Made by a program: the position numbers and the translations under genes. A stretch of DNA of 32,000 bases, taken from positions 1,530,001 through 1,562,000 of the forward strand of contig NZ_CP017260.1 of the NCBI RefSeq assembly GCF_001735745.1. Direction: 5' to 3'. Origin of the DNA: Formosa sp. Hel1_33_131 (GTDB lineage: Bacteria > Bacteroidota > Bacteroidia > Flavobacteriales > Flavobacteriaceae). The notes beneath the pieces are model-generated. The model worked only from the letters and a program-made list of their open reading frames with translations, was not told the origin of the DNA and ran no database searches. Below, in pieces: positions 27,623 through 32,000 of the stretch (the first letter of the stretch is position 1; each line of letters begins with the position of its first letter).

Positions 27623-28393
27623 TTAGTTGCTAATCGTTTTAACGCATCTAAACCCAAGGGTTTTTAGAGCGTATTTTGCTTTTACACTTCCGCGTATTGC
27701 GTAACGCATAAAGGCTGCGTAGTTCATTAAATCTGTAGCACCAATAGCGGCACTTCCGCAGAATAGATTGGAGTCCTTGTCAACATCTTTTCTAGATTCT
27801 CCAGAAATAAGAACCGAATTAAAATCTAAGGTCCATTCCCAAACCAGTCCGTGCAAATCATGGATGCCCCAATAGTTTTTAAAGGTAGATCCTATTTCAT
27901 TATTAAACGTTTTAGGTTTTTCATACCAACTCAAAATGTGTTCATTATAGGTTTTTAGTTGCCGTGCATCTGGCAGAGTTTTATTTGCCATTGCTACATA
28001 TTCCCATTCATCTATGGTTGGCAGCCTTTTACCTTGATTTTTGCAATAATCTTTTGCAACAAACCAAGAGACGTTGGTTATGGGAGCCTTTAAAGGTTGA
28101 TGATCTCCAAGCGCAACATCTGATTTCCAATCCACAAGATAATTCTTATCTGCAAATAGCTTTTTTATGACAGATCGTTTCCATTGAGGATTCTTTTTTA
28201 TAAACTCTAAAAACAGCTTATTAGTCACGGGATATACATCCATCTTAAAATCTGAGACGGTTACTTTTAGGGAGTCTCTCCCATAAAGCGGCGTGTATGT
28301 ACCTCCTTTTATCAAAACCATTTTAGATTGACAATTTGCAGTCAAGCAAAAGAGCAGTATCAAACAAATTGTCAATCTTTGAATGGGGTTCAT
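27623..28393 (-). CDS. nirV: Formylglycine-generating-enzyme (FGE-sulfatase) domain protein, NirV-like
   Basis: Signal peptide. FGE-fold motifs (PVTNKLFLEFI, PITNVSWFVAKDYCKNQGKRLPTIDEWEY, WGIHDLHGLVWEWTLD, GFRCV). Lies 11 nt downstream of nirK, the canonical nirV position. Confidence 0.7.
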   Translation of the reverse strand: MNPIQRLTICLILLFCLTANCQSKMVLIKGGTYTPLYGRDSLKVTVSDFKMDVYPVTNKLFLEFIKKNPQWKRSVIKKLFADKNYLVDWKSDVALGDHQPLKAPITNVSWFVAKDYCKNQGKRLPTIDEWEYVAMANKTLPDARQLKTYNEHILSWYEKPKTFNNEIGSTFKNYWGIHDLHGLVWEWTLDFNSVLISGESRKDVDKDSNLFCGSAAIGATDLMNYAAFMRYAIRGSVKAKYALKTLGFRCVKTISN

Positions 28394-28404
28394 AGGCCTC
28401 TTAA

Positions 28405-29868
28405 TTAGTGTCCGCGTTTTACGGCGTCAACTTGGGATTTTGTAACATTTGTTTTGTTGTTGCCCCATGAGTTATAGACATATGTCAGCACATCAGCAAT
28501 TTCATCATTACTTATTGCTTGTCTTGTCATAACGCTGTTGTATTTTTCACCGTTCACAGTAATCTCTCCAGATTTTCCTTTGAGAATAATTTTAATAGCA
28601 CGGTTTACATCAGCATTTAAGTAATCTGACTTTGCCAATGGTGGAAATGCATTTGGGATTCCTTGTCCTTCAGCTTGGTGACACGCAAAACAGGTTTGTG
28701 TATAAATTTGCTTTCCTGTTTCCATTTTCATTGCGAGGGTTTTGTTTGAACTTGCAACTTCAACTTTCTTTTCGCCTTCTGGCATTTCTTGGATTCCACC
28801 GCCTTCTGGATGGTAGATTCCTTCTTGAACGACACCAGAATAGATTGTTTTGTTTTCTTCGCCTTCTACTTTCAGCATGCCTAAAGCACCTTTGTTGAAA
28901 GCTCTAAAAATGGAGTGGTCAACGATGATGAAAGTTCCAGGAACGTCCACTTTAAATTCTACAATTGCGGCACCTCCGGCTGGGATTAATGTCGTTTGCA
29001 CATTTTCATTAATCATGCTACCACCTTCAACCATTACTTTGTCAAAGATTTCGCCTATCACGTGAAATGAGGACACTAAATTTGGTCCGCCATTTCCAAC
29101 GTATAAACGCACTGTTTCACCAACTTTTGCAGTAATAGCATTATCGCCAGTTAATGAACCTACTTTACCATTGAACACCACATAATCGGCGTCTTCATCT
29201 ACCGCTTTTTGCATGTCAAAGGACTGTAAGCCTGGATCTCCGTGTTCTCCTTTTGTATAGAAATCGCCCTGCATTACATAGTATTCTTTGTCAACTAAAG
29301 GCAATCCACCTTTTGGTTCTACTAGAATGAGGCCATACATTCCATTTGCAATGTGCATTCCAACAGGTGCCGTTGCACAGTGGTAAACATACAAACCAGG
29401 GTTTAATGTTTTAAAGTTGAATTTTTTTTCATGACCCGGAGCTACAAAAGAAGAGGTTGCGCCACCTCCAGGACCTGTTACAGCATGCAAATCGATGTTA
29501 TGCGGCAACTTGTTGTCTGGATGATTAGACAGCGTGAATTCCACTTCATCACCAACTCTGGTACGAATAAAACTTCCAGGAACAGAACCACCAAAGGTCC
29601 AATATACATAGGTTGTTCCATCGGTCATAGTGCCTTCTTGCTCAAGAACTTCCATGTTCACAATGAGTTTTTTAGCTTTTCGTCTTCCTACGGGTGTAGG
29701 TACATTGGGAGGCGATGTTAATTCCGCGGTCATTTCCCTGCTTACAGGGATGTCTGCAGTGCTTTCTTTTTCAGTTTTGTCGGAGTCTTTACAGCCCGAA
29801 AAAAGCAGTGTTATCATCGTAAACGCTACGAATGATGTTTTCATTTTTTGTTTTGTGGTCATAATCAT
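28405..29868 (-). CDS. nirK: Copper-containing nitrite reductase, lipoprotein form with a fused C-terminal class I cytochrome c domain
   Basis: Lipobox LLFSGC. Type 1/type 2 Cu ligand motifs [15 protein letters not shown] and [20 protein letters not shown], plus SSFHVIG and VDHSIF. The C-terminal ~110 aa carry the heme motif CFACH (28678-28692) and PPL...M. Alternative ATG starts are at 29862 and 29844. Confidence 0.93.
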   Translation of the reverse strand: MIMTTKQKMKTSFVAFTMITLLFSGCKDSDKTEKESTADIPVSREMTAELTSPPNVPTPVGRRKAKKLIVNMEVLEQEGTMTDGTTYVYWTFGGSVPGSFIRTRVGDEVEFTLSNHPDNKLPHNIDLHAVTGPGGGATSSFVAPGHEKKFNFKTLNPGLYVYHCATAPVGMHIANGMYGLILVEPKGGLPLVDKEYYVMQGDFYTKGEHGDPGLQSFDMQKAVDEDADYVVFNGKVGSLTGDNAITAKVGETVRLYVGNGGPNLVSSFHVIGEIFDKVMVEGGSMINENVQTTLIPAGGAAIVEFKVDVPGTFIIVDHSIFRAFNKGALGMLKVEGEENKTIYSGVVQEGIYHPEGGGIQEMPEGEKKVEVASSNKTLAMKMETGKQIYTQTCFACHQAEGQGIPNAFPPLAKSDYLNADVNRAIKIILKGKSGEITVNGEKYNSVMTRQAISNDEIADVLTYVYNSWGNNKTNVTKSQVDAVKRGH

Positions 29869-29910
29869 TGGGTATTAGTTTGTTAGGGGTTATACATTTT
29901 TATTCTACAT

Positions 29911-29918
29911 CAAAAATA
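29911..29918 (-). promoter_or_regulatory. -7 promoter box (TATTTTTG on the minus strand) for the nirK operon
   Basis: Exact TAnnTTTG match 42 nt upstream of the nirK ATG. Confidence 0.45.
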
Positions 29919-29941
29919 TCTCTAAACAAGCTTTAAAAAGA

Positions 29942-29953
29942 TGACTTTTGTCA
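29942..29953. promoter_or_regulatory. Candidate CRP/FNR-family (Dnr/NnrR-like) binding site TGAC-N4-GTCA upstream of nirK
   Basis: Palindrome TGACTTTTGTCA with the TGA-N6-TCA core of FNR boxes. It lies 23 nt upstream of the -7 box, so its centre is about -41.5 from the transcription start predicted from that box. Confidence 0.35.
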
Positions 29954-29988
29954 GTTATAAGAAATAATTACATTTTAGTCTTTAAATA

Positions 29989-30022
29989 TTAAAAAGTAAA
30001 CTGTCCCCTTCTTACTTTTTAA
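29989..30022. repeat. Perfect 11-bp inverted repeat TTAAAAAGTAA-N12-TTACTTTTTAA in the nirK/sucA divergent region
   Basis: Arms at 29989-29999 and 30012-30022, with spacer ACTGTCCCCTTC. The flanking genes diverge from this spot, so no terminator is expected here. Confidence 0.6.
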
Positions 30023-30080
30023 TAAATCGCAATATCTTCACATTTATAGCATTTTCACATCTCATATTCCTGAAAAATCG

Positions 30081-30088
30081 TATTTTTG
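30081..30088 (+). promoter_or_regulatory. -7 promoter box (TATTTTTG) for sucA
   Basis: Exact TAnnTTTG match 38 nt upstream of the sucA ATG. Confidence 0.45.
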
Positions 30089-30126
30089 GGCTATATTTTT
30101 CTAAAGAAAAAATAGAATTATTAATT

Positions 30127-32000
30127 CATGGATAAGTATTCTTTTTTAAACGCCGCCCATACCGCTTATTTTGCGGATTTATACGAACAATATCAACAAG
30201 ACCCAGACAGCGTTGAGCCAAGCTGGAAAGCTTTCTTTCAAGGCTATGATTTTGGAAGCGACAGCAGTGAAGCTTCTGACGAAATTGTGGAGGGGGTTAA
30301 CACACAAATCCCAGAGCATGTACAAAAAGAGTTTCAGGTTGTAAAACTCATTGATGATTACCGTACTCGTGGGCATTTATTTACCAAAACCAATCCTGTT
30401 AGAGACCGAAGACAATACACACCTTCTCTGGAAATTAGCAACTTTGGGCTGTCATCAGCAGATTTAGATACGGTTTTTAATGCAGGTGATATTATTGGGA
30501 TTGGTCCTCAAAGTTTACGTGAAATTCAAAAGCATCTGGAGGCTATTTATTGCGATGCGATTGGGGTAGAATACATGTACATCCGCCGACCGAATGAGCG
30601 TCAATGGATTCAAGATAAATTGAACAGTAACGATAATCAGGGTAATTTTACTGCTGATCAAAAAAAACATATCCTCAAAAAACTAAATGAAGCTGTTTCG
30701 TTTGAAACCTTTTTGCACACAAAATATGTCGGTCAAAAACGATTTTCATTAGAAGGAAATGAATCATTAATTCCTGCCATTGATGCGCTTATTGAAAAAG
30801 CCGCTGCTTATGGCGTCAAAGAATTTGTCATGGGAATGGCCCACAGGGGTCGTTTGAGTACGCTGACCAATATTTTCGGAAAATCGGCCAGTGATATTTT
30901 TAGCGAATTTGATGGAAAAGATTATGAAGAAGAAGTATTTGATGGCGATGTAAAATACCATCTTGGTTGGACGAGTGACCGTTTGACAGATAATGGCAAT
31001 CGAATTAATTTGAGTATTGCACCCAACCCTTCGCACCTCGAAACAGTCGGTGCAGTTGTTGAAGGGATTACAAGAGCAAAACAAGACAAACTGAAATCCG
31101 AAGATGCGAGCAAAGTGTTGCCAATTGTGGTACACGGTGATGCCGCCATCGCAGGACAAGGACTCGTTTATGAAGTGGTTCAAATGGCACAGCTAGACGG
31201 TTATAAAACCAATGGAACCATTCACATAGTGGTGAATAATCAAATTGGATTTACCACAAATTACCTCGATGCACGTTCGTCCACTTATTGTACCGACGTT
31301 GCAAAAGTGACACTGTCGCCAGTATTGCATGTCAATGCCGATGATGCTGAAGCCGTGGTACACTCCATTTTATTCGCCTTAGATTTCAGAATGCAGTTTA
31401 AGCGTGATGTGTTTATCGATTTGTTAGGCTATCGAAAATATGGTCATAACGAAGGAGATGAACCGCGTTTTACACAGCCAAAACTGTATAAAGCCATTGC
31501 CAGCCATGACAATCCGCGCAATATATATGCACAAAAACTAATGGATGAAGGCATTATTGATTCCAATTATGTTTCAAAACTTGAGCAAGACTATAAGGCT
31601 TCTTTAGAAACGGAATTAAAAACGTCCAGAAAAGAAGATAAAACTGTCATCACGCCATTTATGCAAGAGGCTTGGGAGAATTTCCCGAGAGCTAAGGCAA
31701 ATAAAATGCGAGCCACGGTAGATACCACCTACCCAAAAGAAAAACTAGCTTCAATTGCGAAAATCATATCCTCGCTTCCTGAAGATAAAAAATTTATACG
31801 CAAGATTTCTCGTTTGATCGAAGCTCGAAAACAAATGTTTGAAGGGGATAAACTGGATTGGTCCATGGCCGAACATTTAGCTTATGGATCTCTTTTAGAA
31901 GAAGGGTTTGATGTGCGTATTTCAGGACAAGATGTAGAACGAGGAACCTTCTCTCACCGCCATGCAGTGGTAAAAGTTGAAGACAGTGAAGAAGAAGTTG
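30127..32000 (+). CDS. sucA: 2-oxoglutarate dehydrogenase E1 component, 5' part (continues off the right edge)
   Basis: My own translation from the ATG at 30127: MDKYSFLNAAHTAYFADLYEQYQQDPDSVEPSWKAFFQGYDFG...VVKLIDDYRTRGHLFTKTNPV...YCDAIGVEYMYI...GMAHRGRLSTLTNI...HGDAAIAGQG. It is open to the window end, so it is absent from the ORF track. Confidence 0.93.

Noticed and set aside
29901-29915. Second possible FNR half-site (TTATT-CTAC-ATCAA) nearer the nirK start
   Set aside because: Only one half-site matches, with 3 of 5 positions in the other. It also overlaps the -7 box, which would repress rather than activate. The TGAC-N4-GTCA palindrome is the better candidate.
1-32000. Searched by eye for tRNA/rRNA genes, CRISPR repeat-spacer arrays, IS elements or transposases, integrases, toxin-antitoxin pairs and long direct or tandem repeats
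   Set aside because: None found. Intergenic regions are short apart from 166-652 and 29869-30126. No T-loop-like GTTCGAATC sequence, no periodic repeats and no recombinase-like ORFs are present.

Overview
This 32-kb window is a chromosomal segment from a low-GC Bacteroidota genome, most likely a Flavobacteriaceae. Supporting signs are T9SS C-terminal sorting domains, a CarboxypepD_reg-type TonB-dependent receptor, exact TAnnTTTG -7 promoter boxes, no Shine-Dalgarno sequences and many lipoprotein signals.

Gene order, left to right:
- a porin N-terminal fragment
- a 487-bp non-coding spacer with an orphan terminator
- a small MORN-like secreted protein
- an operon of a beta-helix lipoprotein and a TonB-dependent receptor
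- a dGTPase-like HD hydrolase
- two paralogous BNR/Asp-box (sortilin/VPS10-like) beta-propeller proteins with T9SS C-terminal domains, separated by a small lipoprotein. The second paralog carries a PA-domain insertion and is split by a 1-nt frameshift.
- dxs, tadA, a small membrane protein and aspS
- a TetR-TolC-MFP-RND efflux operon
- a polyprenyl diphosphate synthase and a conserved hypothetical
- a four-gene exported nirK module: a lipoprotein NirK-cytochrome c fusion, a NirV-like FGE-domain protein, a SCO1 with a Cys-rich metal-binding extension, and an AlgE-like outer-membrane barrel
- the 5' part of sucA

I found no rRNA, tRNA, CRISPR array, transposase or integrase. Most of the window is housekeeping, and I see no convincing defence island or wholly new system.

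The observations most worth a second look are:
- the composition and predicted regulation of the nirK module
- three genes whose -7 box sits exactly 4 nt from the start codon, implying leaderless mRNAs
- the frameshifted PA-domain propeller paralog
- the orphan terminator upstream of the porin gene
- the uncharacterised lipoprotein/TonB-receptor pair

All family assignments come from motif recognition by eye. No database search was run.
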